A stretch of 32,000 nucleotides of DNA from positions 1 through 32,000 of the forward strand of contig JACPWU010000022.1 in the NCBI GenBank assembly GCA_016196885.1, given 5' to 3'. The position numbers and the translations under genes were made by a program. The DNA is from Chlamydiota bacterium. Lineage in GTDB: Bacteria; Auribacterota; JACPWU01. Below are positions 31,857-32,000 of this stretch, piece by piece (the stretch's first letter is position 1; every line of letters starts with the position of its first letter). The notes beneath the pieces were generated by a model, which made no database searches, was not told where the DNA came from, and worked only from the letters and a program-made list of their open reading frames with translations.

Positions 31857-32000
31857 ATGTACAGCTTCTGGGATAGAGAACGGGAATTCTTAAAGGCAAA
31901 ACGTTTCATTCACAAGACAGGATTTGGCTACGTCACGGGACGCCGCCGCATTGGGAAAAGCGCCTTTCTAACCAAACTCTGCCGAGAGGAAGGAGGCCTC
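31857..32000 (+). CDS. ATP-binding protein (Arch_ATPase/AAA-like), with only the 5' end in the window
   Basis: ATG 31857 opens 48 codons that run to the window edge. MYSFWDREREFLKAKRF...YVTGRRRIGKSAFLTKL carries the FxDRExEL motif plus Walker A (GxxxxGKS). Confidence 0.55.
   Translation, partial: MYSFWDREREFLKAKRFIHKTGFGYVTGRRRIGKSAFLTKLCREEGGL

Noticed and set aside
1-32000. Search for tRNA, rRNA, tmRNA, RNase P, transposase, integrase or phage genes
   Set aside because: I saw no T-loop/acceptor-type sequences, rRNA-like stretches, GAGGAAAGUCC-type RNase P core, or DDE/tyrosine/serine recombinase motifs in any listed frame. This was an eye scan only, so short RNAs could have been missed.

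Overview
The window looks like a chromosomal segment from a diderm, probably anaerobic bacterium; I cannot assign a lineage. It carries TonB, a TonB-dependent receptor, a TPR/beta-barrel outer-membrane protein and a fused indolepyruvate:ferredoxin oxidoreductase. Housekeeping genes dominate: glmS, nagA, a dGTPase-like HD hydrolase, der, pgsA, gltX, nadK, an Lrp/AsnC regulator with an aminotransferase, and crcB with DUF190. Positions 1-16217 form one long minus-strand gene array. Six things stand out. (1) A 4.66-kb minus-strand ORF (1..4660, at least 1553 codons) is missing from the supplied ORF track because its stop lies outside the window. It encodes a giant protein with a signal-like N-terminus and a C-terminal HATPase_c domain. 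(2) A family of heptanucleotide tandem arrays, often in inverted pairs that form hairpins, sits at almost every gene junction. Five or more repeat segments also lie in frame inside the giant ORF. (3) A REP-like GTAG...CTAC three-way-junction element occurs three times, with its 45-nt core flipped relative to conserved flanks in one copy. A second GGGGAG-type multi-hairpin element occurs once between genes and once inside the giant ORF. (4) A clear cobalamin riboswitch with promoter and terminator leads a CobS-like, BtuB-like, TonB operon. (5) A TPR plus beta-barrel (Slam/T11SS-like architecture) gene is followed by two secreted non-lipoprotein hypotheticals. (6) A small accessory islet carries an RHH gene, a small ORF, an AbiEii-like nucleotidyltransferase and an AAA/DUF4143 ATPase. 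I recognised no rRNA, tRNA, CRISPR, transposase or integrase. All domain calls come from motifs read by eye, with no database search.
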